64,000 nucleotides of DNA from Thalia democratica (Eukaryota). Under the pieces are notes generated by a model that had not been told where the DNA came from, ran no database searches, and worked only from the letters and a program-made list of their open reading frames with translations. The stretch is from positions 21,638,001-21,702,000 of the forward strand of contig OZ241827.1 of the NCBI GenBank assembly GCA_965202585.1, read 5' to 3'. Positions 26,401-39,800 of this stretch are shown here, piece after piece; position 1 is the stretch's first letter; the number at the start of each line of letters is the position of its first letter. The position numbers and the translations under genes are program-made.

Positions 26401-28305
26401 TTATTACATTTTTCATTGAAAAAGCAATATATAATAAAATTTAGTTTTATTTTTATACAAATTAAATTTAAGCGTTGAGGTTTGTATACATTTATTTATT
26501 GTCAAAATATGTTTTAAAACATAATATATTACATGTCTTTTTCTTAAAAGTAAAGCCTGATAAGTAAAAAGTAATAAAAAATCTTGTATGACTTTTTTTC
26601 TTTTTGAATGAAAAATAAGGCTGTATGTTTTATGTCAGGAAATCATCTGTTTTTTAAATTAATAATCTGAAGTTTTAATTGTCATCTTTAACTTTTTTGA
26701 CAAATTAAACAACAAAAAATAAATTTGTTTTTAAACAAACTTGTTGAATAAACTATCTAGCATTAGAGTAAACTCAGTTGTCTTAAAACTATGTAAAAAT
26801 AAGTTAGATATAATGATAAAGCCATAGTATTTGTATTCAGTTTGTCTTTAGCTAGTCACATCTTTTTCGACATGTATTATTATAACTAAACGAATAAGAG
26901 ATTCTTGCATAAACTGTAAATTTGATTGTTAACGGTAGAAAACGACGACAATATTAAAACATTTTCCTGTATTCCTTCAAAATTTACAAAACTCACAATA
27001 ATCCGTACGGGTCAATCCGTAGGCTCAAGTCTATATTTTCCTTTCCATTGTAACCGTCTTCTAAACCTTGTAATTGTAACAATATGAGACGGACCTAGGT
27101 AGTTAAAAAAATTACACAGTTATGTTGATCGTAAAAAACCACAAGTAAAATAATTATTTTTATCGGTATGCCCAGGGTCAAAAACTTATTATTTACTACT
27201 TAATATTATTATTTTTTTAACTAATGTACTTGTTGCCAGTAGTCACTTTTTGGGTTTTGATCGATCATACTGTACATGTAGTCCAAGTTTTCTCTGAAAA
27301 ACCTCTTGAGACGAGGGCAGTTTTTCGAAACTTTGGGACAGTGACCTGTGTTTTAGTTCCTTGTAAGTAATAATGTTTTATTCTTATACATAATTAAACA
27401 ACAATAACTTTTTAATTAACAATTTTTCAGCTTGTCTGATTGTTCCGGAAAAGTACTTTTGTTTTGTTTAAAACGAAAAAGTTGACAAGCTTTTAAATAA
27501 ACTCTTTAGGCTTTGTTTCATACACAAATTTTTAAATTTAGGTGTTTTTCAAAACATGTTTATAAGTTTTTGACTATCGTTAGAAATTAAAAGTTATCTG
27601 TTACATTTATTAAAGTATAGAAACCTGATTTTGAGTTTTCAATTTTTTGTTTTATCAGGTTTTTTGTTAGTATTCCTTCCGCGAAACCAGCGACATAGGC
27701 TTGCATTGAATTGTTGAATTTTGAATTTGTTTTAATGTCAATAAAGGAAAACCTTTGTAAAGTATAATAGAATTTACTAAAGTATTAACATTTTTCATAC
27801 TTACTTATAATGTCTTCAAAAATCTTTTTTTAATTAAAGTAATATTTGTTTTTACTCAAATTCGTAAAATTTTAAGTCCTTTAAACTTTTAATTTTTTAT
27901 TTGACTTCTATATTATTTAATTAAGAAAACCAATTTTAGTAGTATTTGTATGTGTTTTATAATTATTATGAAGAAAACTGAGTTTAAATACCAAAACTAT
28001 AGTATATAAAAACATTTTCTGCATATTAAAAAGTCTCCAAAAAAATAAGCATCTTTTAATTAAAAAACTTAATAGAAGACACACGCAGGTTATCTAACAA
28101 AGCTAACCCATTTTCTTTTATACTGTTTTTAAATGCAGCTCTTAAAATATCAGTTTTGCCAAAATTATCTCAGTTTTGTTGTTTTGAATTGAATTATTTT
28201 GTTTTGATGCACATCATGTTTAAACAAATATGTAGTCCATTTTGTATTACTATGAACTTTGGTAAAAATTGAAAAAAAAAGTACTAAACAAGTTAGTATA
28301 TTCAT
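20445..28305 (-). pseudogene. PLBD2: PLBD2 paralog, all 12 exons present but a 2-nt deletion in exon 1 gives an early stop
   Basis: Exons: 28108-28305, 27625-27752, 27230-27345, 26997-27094, 23823-24052, 23563-23654, 23271-23434, 22919-23017, 22634-22705, 22173-22313, 21304-21453, 20445-20595. Exon 1 is 198 nt versus 200 nt in the intact copy (plus-strand ttatctcagtt versus ttatctgtcagtt), giving ...FKTTKLR* after 46 aa. The other exons match the intact copy in length. A sequencing error cannot be excluded. Confidence 0.8.
24900..25325. repeat. Old degenerate tandem repeat of about 165-170 bp (about 3 units) in PLBD2 intron 4 (homolog at about 48920-49350)
   Basis: The pattern atgaaaaagta...acacacaa...gaaaa...cctaaatc.aaagcatt recurs at 24903, 25073 and 25236. 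Confidence 0.7.
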
Positions 28306-28569
28306 TCTGTTAATAAAACATTACAGTTTTTAGTTAATGCTTTTCTAAACGTTTTAAAACAACATATGCAAGTTTAATCTTTTATTTATTTATCGCTACT
28401 TTTATATTTTTATTTGATTGTAACAAATTAAACTTATGAAAATATGAACTGAAAAACTTTAAACGCGTTTTTTAACAAAGAAAACAGATAAAAATTTATT
28501 AAATTAGCATGTAGATAAGTTTTATTAAGAATAAAAAAAAGTTTAAAAAAGTTGAAGAAAAGAATAGGT

Positions 28570-29497
28570 TGACTCTCTTGAGGTAGCCACAATACAATAT
28601 TTCAACAGCAACATTTGAGCATCATACGCGTATACTTAATGCTACACTATTAAGAAAGGTACTTGAATGTGAAAAAAAGCAAGCTGACGACCTAGTCAGC
28701 TTAGGGATTTTACAGTGTAAAGCTGTAATGAATAAATCCCTAGACGTCTTAGCGGGTAGACGTCGTCAAGGCGGGCTGTTTGTTATTGTTTTTGCTGGCA
28801 TACAGGTTATAGCTGGAGTCGACGTGGCTGTCGACTCGAGCTGGAGTCGAAACACCGCAGCTAGGCGGTCAAAGGTTGTATAGCAGACCTGATTAAATAG
28901 GGAACGTAAAGCGAGAGCAAGGCAGGTACCGTCCTAAGCAAGCCGTTGAGCATGAAAGCCGCTCTCTCGCAAGGCGTAGCAGTATATGAACGAGCTGTGA
29001 CATGATTCAGCCCAGTTAAAAGTACGTTTGAGTGCAAAAAGTAAAGCATTTCTAGAGGTGAAGGTTCGGACGGGGCGACTGAAGCAGAGTAGGCGAGATA
29101 CCAGAAATTGCGAAGCACTCAAAATGTAACTTGTAAAAAAGCGGCATAATCTCATGGTCGCTTTCAAAGTCAGAGGTCAGTTGAAGCGAAATGTTTTGGA
29201 AGGGAAGCAGGAGGTTCGAGAAAATATTTGTAAAAGAGCGGGAGGTCTGTTTTTTGGAAAAATTGTTGAAAATGAATTTTTGGGTTTTGAGAAGGGTCGA
29301 GGGAATATAGGAAGAAAAGTTGGAAAAAAATTTGAGCAAAAAAGCCGTCCGAATTCGCCCGCGGGCGAATTCGGACGGCTTTTTTGCTCAAATTTTTTTC
29401 CAACTTTTCATCCTATATTTTTTTCCAAGGTGTTCGACGAAAGTCGGACGCCTTTTTTTTTTACCAAAAAATTTTTTAGGCTACCTCAAGAGAGTCA
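28570..29497. mobile_element. Type B copy of the 928-bp inverted-repeat-bounded element
   Basis: Same perfect 19-bp inverted repeats at 28570-28588 and 29479-29497. The interior carries substitutions and indels near 28780-28910, but the total length is unchanged. Confidence 0.55.
29304..29419. repeat. 116-bp palindrome, type B copy (one mismatch at 29410)
   Basis: Centre 29361/29362. The right arm reads ttttcatcc instead of ttttcttcc. Confidence 0.95.
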
Positions 29498-30040
29498 GAG
29501 TTTTTGCCTAGTAATGATTTTTTTTCAGTTCCACTGATGTCATAAGTTTTGAACGTTGCTGCCGAAAGGTCAGCATCGTTTTTATTTTACAAGTTCTTAA
29601 TAAAGGTTGTTAAGGTTTTTGAAATTACAAATTGTCAATAGCCATATTAGAAAAATTTATTTTACTTTCGATACTTATAATAAATAAATAAAAAACTTAA
29701 GAACATGTATATGTATTACTTATGCTGATAAGAAAACAAATCCAATTGTACAATCAAAAACAAATTAAATTCGTATATGTGCCTACGAAAAACTATGTCA
29801 AAAAGAAAATTAAAAGTGTTGTTTTATAATAAAAAAAAAACTTTTTAAAGCTGACACTTAATAAAGCAAACAGTTTCATTCAACATTGATACTTTTTAAT
29901 AGTACTTGTATGAAGTTTTCTATATAATAAATAAAGTTTTAAGTAGCAGGTATTTTGATTAATTTAGTTAAAAGTTTATAATTCATTTAAATTTTTCTTA
30001 AAAATAAAATATCAGGGTTTAGTTTGTTAAATAAAACGAC

Positions 30041-30648
30041 AAAATCGATAAAACCTTTTGTGTAGGTTTGAAACAAATAGTTTAAGTAAGCTTTCAAAAT
30101 CAATTTATCTGATTAAATAATGTAATTTAGTTCATTTAACATAACGCATATTTAAAGTGTAGATAGCATTTAATTATATATGTAACTAAACATAAATCGA
30201 TAAAACCTTTTGTGTAGTTAAGAAACAAATAATTTATGTAAGCTTTCAAAATCGATTTATCTGATTAAATAATGTGATTTAGTTCATTTAACATAACGCA
30301 TATTTAAAAAATAGATAGCATTTAAAGATATATGTAACTAAACATAAATCGATAAAACCTTTTGTGTAGTTAAGAAACAAATAGTTTATGTAAACTTTCA
30401 AAACCGATTTATCTGATTAAATAATGTGATTTAGTTCATTTAACATAACGCATATTTAAAAAATAGATAGCATTTAAAGATATATGTAACTAAACATAAA
30501 TCGATAAAGCCTTTTGTGTAGTTAAGAAACAAATAACTTATGTAAACTTTCAAAATCGATTTATCTGATTAAATAATGTGATTTAGTTCATTTAACATAA
30601 CGCATATTTGAAAAATAGATAGCATTTAATGATATATGTAACTAAACA
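30041..30648. repeat. Tandem repeat, 4 x 152 bp (type B copy)
   Basis: Anchors at 30044, 30196, 30348 and 30500. Confidence 0.95.
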
Positions 30649-33600
30649 GATTTTGTTTGAAACAACTGTCATAGTCAAGATCTGAATTAATAATTAATAA
30701 AGACACCTCATCTTTTCTAGAATATGCGCAAAAACTTAGTAGAAACATTAAATAATTAACTAAAATAATTACAAAACATTGATTACTCCCACAACTGATT
30801 TCTGAATTCAATTTAGCTTCGTTTTCTTTTTGCATGTTTTATTTGTTTAATTTTCAAATTTTAAATTGTAAAGCTTGATATTCATCGGCTCGTTAACGAT
30901 TGTAAAAGATGTGGTGTACGACTCTATAACCGAAAGGTTCTTTTGTACACCAGGTCCTTTGACAAAATTTTTTGAACATTTTATTATGAGATTTAATGAA
31001 CAAAACAATAATTGAAAACGGAAGACTACAAAATTAACGTACTGGTATAACGTTTTCACGACGGTTTGTAAAACTCTTAAAAAATATACTCTTCTCTATA
31101 CTGAGCTAGACCTTCACAAATGTAGCGTCGACTTTTGCAAGACTGAGTGCCTGTTTTTCATTATATGATTGTATGTATGCCATTTTCAGCTAAGTTTATT
31201 AACAGATTTTGAGTTTATAAACACATGCTTTGGTAGTAATTTATTATTTAGTACAGTAATTTAGAAATACAGATATTTCTTATAAAATACTTGTCGCATT
31301 TTTGACAATAGCAGACGATGCAAATTGTTATTACTCTAAAAGCTAATGAACAGAGGGAAAAAAAGTCTAATAGAAGAGATGAGTACAAATTACAATGAAA
31401 AATAAAGTTATATTCTTTAAGACATCTTAGGATAGCGTTATGAATGCTTATAACAATCTAATAGAGTATTTTAAAATTTTGTACTTCAACAGAAGTTAAC
31501 GAAATATGAATGTAAAGATAACTAATGAAAATATAAAAATCAATAGATGTACAAAAATTCAAGACTGTAAACTTTGAAAGGTTGTAATTTTTTCGATCGA
31601 AGTTAAACCCAAAATTTTATTTTAACAAAGCGTCATACGACTAATAATAAGGTAAATTTATGGTATTAACGATTAAGTTTGCTTATAAAATTAAAAAATT
31701 TCGTTGATAAATTAGCTTTAGTAGTAACAACACCTATGACAGAACTAACCTTATAATTTTTAAACAACGATTTGTTGACTAATTTTTTTATTATAATACA
31801 GAGTTTGTACTTCATAAAAAGGAGTTTGTACTTCATAAAAAGAAACATATTAAAAAAGAGATGCAAATTGATTTCAACAAATTAAACTCCAGCAAACTTT
31901 AGAGTCGTTTAGTCAAAATTAACATTTAAACAATTAAAGATGTAGTTGCTATCTTGCATAATCGGTCAAATAATGCAGTTATTTTGTGTACATGAATTTA
32001 AGAAAGACCTGAATACAATTATCCGAACCGTAAACTTTTGGTATTTATCACACTTCACGATCTAAAATCATGAAGAAAGTTCGAATAGAAAAACATTAAT
32101 TCTAAAATACTTTTCTGTATTATGCTCATTCCGAAGAATACATTTCTGGTAAAGACGTTAAACTGTATCCGTGGTGTATGACTTGACAACCGTAAGGTAT
32201 TTCGTACACCAGGTCCTTACACCAAACTGTTTTTTGCGATCAATAAATTGCAATAAACTGACTGCATGTTAAGGTAGAAACTAATTTCCAAGCATGTATA
32301 ATAAAAATTTTTCTGTTTGTGACAAGTTTCTTTAAAGTTGCGTAAACGAACCGAAACATTTGTACATTATACTTGCTAAACGATAATATAAACTAACTAC
32401 CCAAAAGAAAATTGTGTTCATGTTATTTTACAATTATGTGTGAAAATAAAAACTAATTTGTGTTTTAATACTATTAACTTGATAGCTTTAAATAAATTAC
32501 GGTAACTTAACTTTCATGAGTTTTTTTTAAAACCAGTAGTTAAAGAACATGCCGAAAAAGTCAATATGTTTAAATTCCTTTTTAAATGTCAGGAAAAAAT
32601 TAAATTCCTGTTCTTATTTTGCTAATATAGTAACTATACATAAAACAGTGTACTTACATATTCTTCGGATTTACTTAAAGTCTAGATGTGTGAATTTGCG
32701 ACATAAAACTAGTGGTCATTAAAAAAAGCTTTAATCTGATAAATTATTCTATGTCTCAACTTGAGGACTGATTGGGGTAAACATATCTTTTTATTGATAA
32801 AAATTCAACATAATTTAATGTTATATGACAAGCCTTATGAGCATTCTAGACCTTTTGCTTTCAACGTAATGGCGTTCACTTTAAAAATATAGATTAAAAT
32901 ATCTTTTCTGGTATTCTTTTGTGTGTGTATTAAAGTATTTCTCGTGATAACAATGCGCTCATTTAAACTTATTTTTACCCCACATTAGCATCTACAGTTG
33001 CAAATATAAGCCACAAAATATATCCTCAACTTTTCGTGTAATGATTCATAACTTATTGTTTCATTTAAAAATGCTAGGATAGAAATGATTTGAAGACATT
33101 TCTTTTCAAAATTAAATTAATAAAATTCTACTTGCGGATACCTTACTAAAATTAACAGTTAATAAATTACATCCGGCTGATATTCAAACCCAGGATTATT
33201 AGCTTTAAAAAAAATATATAGCGAACATCAAATTGTAACAGGTTGATAGTTTAATTTGCGATAAAACAAAAATATTTATATAAAAAAGAGATTGATTTTC
33301 GGTTTTTGTCTGTCCAGGTGCTCCGACTGATCTTCAAGTCCAAGTAGCGTCCTTTAAAATTTATTTATAGTTATACTACTTAGTACTATATAGACTATCA
33401 TATTATGTTTTTTGTTTATTTAAAAATCTATTTTTCACCTTAAAAAAGACAGTAATAAAATATACATATTAATCATTAAGTATTTATTGGTTTAGAATTA
33501 AATAATTGCGATTGCGAGCTAGTAAATGTATAATACAGACATAACTGTTATTAGATACACAAAACGTAAAAGAAAACCTTAAATTGATTTTTACAATAGT

Positions 33601-33733
33601 AACTTTGTAAAAACTTATACAATGGCAAAGGAGTAAACTAAAACAAAAATATTTTGAAGGACCTTTAATTTAATTATACTGATAAGTCACATAAAAAAAA
33701 GCCCAAGATAATAAGGATTACTATCAATAATGT

Positions 33734-33833
33734 NNNNNNNNNNNNNNNNNNNNNNNNNNNNNNNNNNNNNNNNNNNNNNNNNNNNNNNNNNNNNNNNNNN
33801 NNNNNNNNNNNNNNNNNNNNNNNNNNNNNNNNN
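33734..33833. other. Assembly gap (100 N)
   Basis: Run of exactly 100 n. The flanking contigs overlap in homology by about 2.3 kb. Confidence 0.99.
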
Positions 33834-36800
33834 AGAGTATTTTAAAATTTTGTAATTCAACAGAAGTTAACGAAATATGAATGTAAAGATAACTAATGAA
33901 AATATAAAAATCAATAGATGTACAAAAATTCAAGACTGTAAACTTTGAAAGGTTGTATTTTTTTCGATCGAAGTTAAACCCAAAATTTTATTTTAACAAA
34001 GCGTCATACGACTAATTATAAGGTAAATTTATGGTATTAACGATTGAGTTTGCTTATAAAATTAAAAATTTCGTTGATAAAATAGCTTTAGTAGTAACAA
34101 CACCTATGACAGAACTAACCTTATAATTTTTAAACAACGATTGATTGACTAATTTTTTTATTATAATACAGAGTTTGTACTTCATAAAAAGAAACATATT
34201 AAAAAAGAAATGCAAATTGATTTCAACAAATTAAACTTCAGCAAACTTTAGAGTCGTTTAGTCAAAATTAACATTTAAACAATTAAAGATGTAGTTGCTA
34301 TCTTGCATAATTGGTCAAATAATGCAGTTACTTTGTGTACATGAATTTAAGAAAGACCTGAATACAATTATCCGAACCGTAAACATTTGGTATTTATCAC
34401 ACTTCACGATGTAAAATCATGAAAAAAGTTCGAATTAGAAAAACATTAATTCTAAGATACTCTTCTGTATTATGCTCATTCCGAAGAATACATTTCTGGT
34501 AAAGACGTTAAACTGTATCCGTGGTGTATGACTTGACAACCGTAAGGTATTTCGTACACCAGGTCCTTACACCAAGCTGTTTTTTGCGAACAATAAGTTG
34601 CAATAAACTGACTGCATGTCAAGGTAGGAACTAATTTCCAAGCATGTATAATAAAAATGTTAATGTTTGTGGCAAGTTTCTTTAAAGTTGCGTAAACGAA
34701 CCATTTGTACATTATACTTGTTAAACGATAATATAAACTAACTACCCAAAAGAAAATTGCGTTCATGTTATTTTACAATTATGTGTGAAAAATAAAAACT
34801 AATTTGTATTTTAATACTATTATATTGATAGCTTTAAATAAATTATGGTAACTTAACATTCATGAGTTCTTTTTAAAACCAGTAGTTAAAGAACATGCCG
34901 AAAAATTCAATATATTTAAATTCCTATTTAGATGTCAGGAAAAAAATTTAACTAAATTCTTGTTCTTATTTTGCTAATATAGTAACTATACATAACAGTG
35001 TACTTATATATTCTTCGGATTTACTTAAAGTCTAGATGTGTGAATTTGCGACATAAAACTAGTGGTCATTAAAAAAAGCTTTAATCTGATAAATTATTTT
35101 ATATCTCAACTTGAGGACTGATTGGAGTAAACATATCTTTATATTGATAAAAATTCAACAAAATTTAATGTTATATGACAAAGCCTTATGAGCATTCTAG
35201 ACCTTTTGCTTTCAACGTAATGGCGTTCACTTTAAAAATATATAGATTAATATATTTTATCTGGTATTCTGTTGTGTGTGTCTTAAAGTATTTCTCGTGA
35301 TAACAATGCGGTCATTAAAAACTTATTTTTACCCCACATTAGCATCTAAAATTGCAAATATAAGCCACAAAATATATCCTCAACTTTTCGTGTAATGATT
35401 CATAACTTATTGGTTCATTTAAAAATGCTAGGATAGAAATGATTTGAAGACATGTCTTTTCAAAATTAAATTAATAAAATTCTACTTGCGGACATCTTAC
35501 TAAAATTGACAGTTGATAAATTACATCCGGCTGATATTCAAACCCAGGATTATTAGCTTTAAAAAAATTATATTGCGAACATCAAATTGTAACAGATTGA
35601 TAGTTTAATTTGCGATAAAACAAAAATATTCATATAAAAACGAGATTGATTTTCGGTTTTTGTCCGTCCAGGTGCTCCGACTGATCATCAAGTCCAAGTA
35701 GCGTCCTTAAAAATTTATTTATAGTTATACTACTTAGTACTATATAGACTATCATATTATGTTTTTTGTTTAAAAAAAAAAATTTTTTTTACCTTAAAAA
35801 AGACAGTAATAAAATATACATATTAATCATTAAGTACTTATTGGTTTAATATTAATTAAATGCGATTGCGAGCTAGTAAATGTAAAATACAGACATAACT
35901 GTTATTAGATACACAAAACGTAAAAGAAAACCTTAAATTGATTTTTACAATAGTAACTTTGTAAAAACTTATACAATGGCAAAGGAGTAAACTAAAACTA
36001 AAATATTTTGGGGGACCTTTAATTTAATTATACTGATAACTTACATAAAAAAAGCCCAAAATAATGATTACTATTAAATAATGTATTTAAAAAACTTTGT
36101 GAACGTTAATTTTACATTCAAACGATAAGATACATATTAGATTAAATACTGTTAATTATTAACACTCAGAGACTATTATAAGTATAAATTCGGTAGAATA
36201 AAATTAAAATATTTTAGGTGTAAGGGATATAAGTTATCTTGACTTATGTTTCATGTACATCCATGCTATCAAGTAAAAATTGGTAAAGAAAAGGTTATAC
36301 TGACCTAGAAACAAATAACATCAGTAGTTTCAGCTTAGTTGAAAGATGTAATCCCTTTTACATATCTTAATAAGCTTAGCAGAACAAATAAGCCATTCAG
36401 ATTAATAAAAACATAACAACGTTGTTCAAAATTCAATACCAATGTAATTTATTATTCATAATTGGTTGTAACACCAAATTAACAATAACAATTAGTTATA
36501 GAACTACAAATTATCATTTCTTACAAAACAATTTAGGATTGTGCATTAGAAATATACGGAAAGTACTAAAGGTAATACACGTTTAACTTAACCAAAACTT
36601 TGTCTTCGAAATGAATAATTAGCTTCTAGAAAATAAATAAACAATGATCTAAAAGCATGCTGACTTTATAAAATAATAAGTTTATTTTTACAAACAATAC
36701 TACATTAACTATAAAAACTGCTACAATTTTCACACAACTACTAGAAAAGGCTTACGTAAGTAATTAAATACTAAATGAACCGTCAGAACTTTTATCGTAA

Positions 36801-39800
36801 AGAAAGCTATAAGAATTATAATCAAAAAATTTTATTCAAAATATATGTATATGTATTTATTTATTAAAATTTAATACTCCAACAAAATTTTGTAAATTAT
36901 TATAACAATCGTTATTAAAGAGAATATGTTTATTATCCTTGCAAAACAAAACTTATTCATATAACAATACCTTTTTCTTTAAATAAAATTGGCAAAAGTT
37001 GTATAGACATGTTAACGTCTACTAAAACTCAGAAATATGTTTGAATTACTTGAAAATTAGTTGAATTTTGAACTTCATACTATATTTTTTTCAAATTAGC
37101 AAAAGTACAATTTTACCTGAAAACTTTCAAATAATAATAATTAGTAAAGTATGTTAATCAATAATTCTAACTACCTTTCTTAAATCCGCTCTGTCAGCTG
37201 AGACTGCTTGATTGGTCACTTCAATTGTGTCATCCATCCAAGGTCCATGTCACTTCTTTTCTTCCACAACGTGTTTACTTGACTGTAAAATGAATAAATT
37301 ATAATTCATACACATTTTATAATAGTTTTAAATAGAGGTTTGCAAATTAAACACTTTATTTACGACCCGGTTTTGGGGACAAAAAACCTTTAAGTAAAAT
37401 AAAATAGTAAACTGCTCATAACAATGTTGGTTATCTATAAAACTCTTTACACTTCAGTAAATTGAGCAATCTTTTTTAGTTAAGAAAAATAACTATGTAA
37501 AAGTATTATGAAAATTGACATTAATGGTTAAAAATTAAACTGATTATTAATAGCTTATGTGAGTTAAAACTATAAAAAACAACTTATTTTGACACACAAA
37601 GTTGCTAAACTTAAGCCTAAGACTATTAGTCTTATAAGTGTGCTCAATAGTGTTTATAAAAAGTGTTTTAATGTGCACAATAAATTAAATAAGATGAAAG
37701 ATATGTATGTAATAACAGCTGTTTTCTTTTGTGACTATTGGAAAAATAACATAAGTTTTAAAAGTTCTATTTATAGACATTCAAAACATAACAAAATAAC
37801 GTCAAAATAACATAAAAGTGAGGTGTCCAAAACTTTAATTTTAGTAATTTAGTTTGCACAGCTTTTGAGCAAAAGCATTAAGACCACTACTTAAGACTGC
37901 AAGTAGAATAAAAGTACAGTTGTTAAGTTTATAATATAGTCATACTAACAAAATAAAAAATTGCAAATATTAAGTAATATGATACATAAAATGACAAAAC
38001 TAGTATCAAAGTGTTATTATTGTTCCTTCATCTTTTTTATACAGTTTAAACCTTTTTTACTAATAACAAGTAACAACTTTATGAAACAAAATATAACAGC
38101 AGAGTTGCACAAATTAATTTTTAAATACTCTTCAAAATATATCAGATGTCAACTTATAGATGGTTACAATTCTTTTTGTAACATAAGGAAAGTAAATTTC
38201 TGACTTTTTAAGGCTACTCAATTAAGGTTATGAGAATTTATGTACCATTTAAAATCATCACAAAGTTACTTATTGATTCTAAGTTGTATTTACATCATAA
38301 CGTTTTTAAATCGATGTAATTCTCAAGCTCTGATGTTATTGTATTACATCATAAAAACTTAATGGATCAACTTAAATTTAAAAATCTTATTCCTAAGAGT
38401 CTATAAATTTTTTTTAAATAAATTTGTTTCCAAGTGCAGTAACTTCTCTAAAAATAAGGACCTGTTTAGCAACCTAAACTCTCCTCTAATAACAGTTTAA
38501 TAATGTAAAGGCACATACTTTTTGTTTCATTATAAATCTTGTTTCACAATCATATTTAAAAAAAATATATAAGTTAATTTATAAATTGATGTTATAAAGT
38601 TTCACCACTATAAAGCTTCCATTATATAAATTCAAGTTATTTACAATTAATTTTTTTTAATTATAACCTTTGATATCAATAAACATGGCTGTGACCTTTA
38701 TGAGCAAAAACACTAGCTTGCAAAGACAGTCCAACATGAGGTGAGATTTGAAAAATAAAAAATTCAAAATTATAACAATATTAATAATCAAGCTCAAATA
38801 CTCGAAAATTATAAACAGGACATTAAGAAAGATTCATTTAAGAAAGAATATTTTAAAATTCTTGAGATTTTAGAATAGTGTACAAACTAGCTAAGTTTTG
38901 AAAAAGAAAATTAAACAATCTAAAGTTTACTTAGCTGGGTGGCAATTCTGCATAAGACATTTGAACAAAGAGTTCAAAAGAAAATTTAATGTGTCACTCC
39001 TACATTAAAACTTTGAATTTATATTGGAATTATGGAAAATTCAATTTTCCCCCCTATGCCCTTATTTTTTTAAGTTAAAAACTTTGATGAATAGAACTTC
39101 TTCTGAACTGAAAACTTCAAGAGTAAGTTTAAAAATTGCACATAAACTGGGAGACTGGATCAAATAATTTTGAAGCAGACTCAATTAGTATTAACATTTT
39201 ATTCATATTTAAAACTGTGCGTTATTATTACAGAAATTTATACTGCATTTATTGAAAATGATCAGCTTAATTTAACAGTGTGGCCACTGGTTTGTTGTAA
39301 ATTTCTTCCAGGTTTATAGATACAATTCAATTGTCAATTTTAGGTATATTATTAAATTCATATTAAAAATACTGACTAAAATACTTTAACAACATTGAGT
39401 AGAAAATATTGTAAAACCTGTTTATAGTTTTAAATGAAAAAGATTATATGATAGGTGTTTCACATCTCAACCAAATTTTTTTAATTCACATGTTAACGTA
39501 GTTCTAAATTCCAGGTTCTTTAGAAATATTAATTCAATTTTTTATTTTATATTTCACAAAGTACAGGTTTTATAGTCAAATTTGCCTAAAATGTCAAACT
39601 ACAGGTTTTTCAAGGATTTCAGATTTTTTGGCCACCCTGCTTTAATTGTATTTTGTATCTTTTGTTTCTTAAGGAAACTATAATAATATACTTCATATTA
39701 GTAACTCTAATTAAAGTTAGGAATGTTGTGTTTTATTTTAATGTTAAATTTGGAACTTAAACTAGTGAATACAAGAGCAAATGTACTAACATTGTAAGTT

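Larger units (their letters stand above)
15832..33733 (+). repeat. Diverged (type B) copy of the amplification unit
   Basis: Collinear with 39829 onward and with 1-4850, but with many substitutions and small indels (for example a 21-bp tandem duplication near 31801-31842 and a deletion of about 120 bp near 20640 relative to 44580-44700). Confidence 0.85.

Noticed and set aside
28684-28710. CTGACGA followed by a short stem, resembling a hammerhead ribozyme core
   Set aside because: The required GAAA after stem II is absent (gatttt instead), and no stem I/III with a cleavage triplet could be built.
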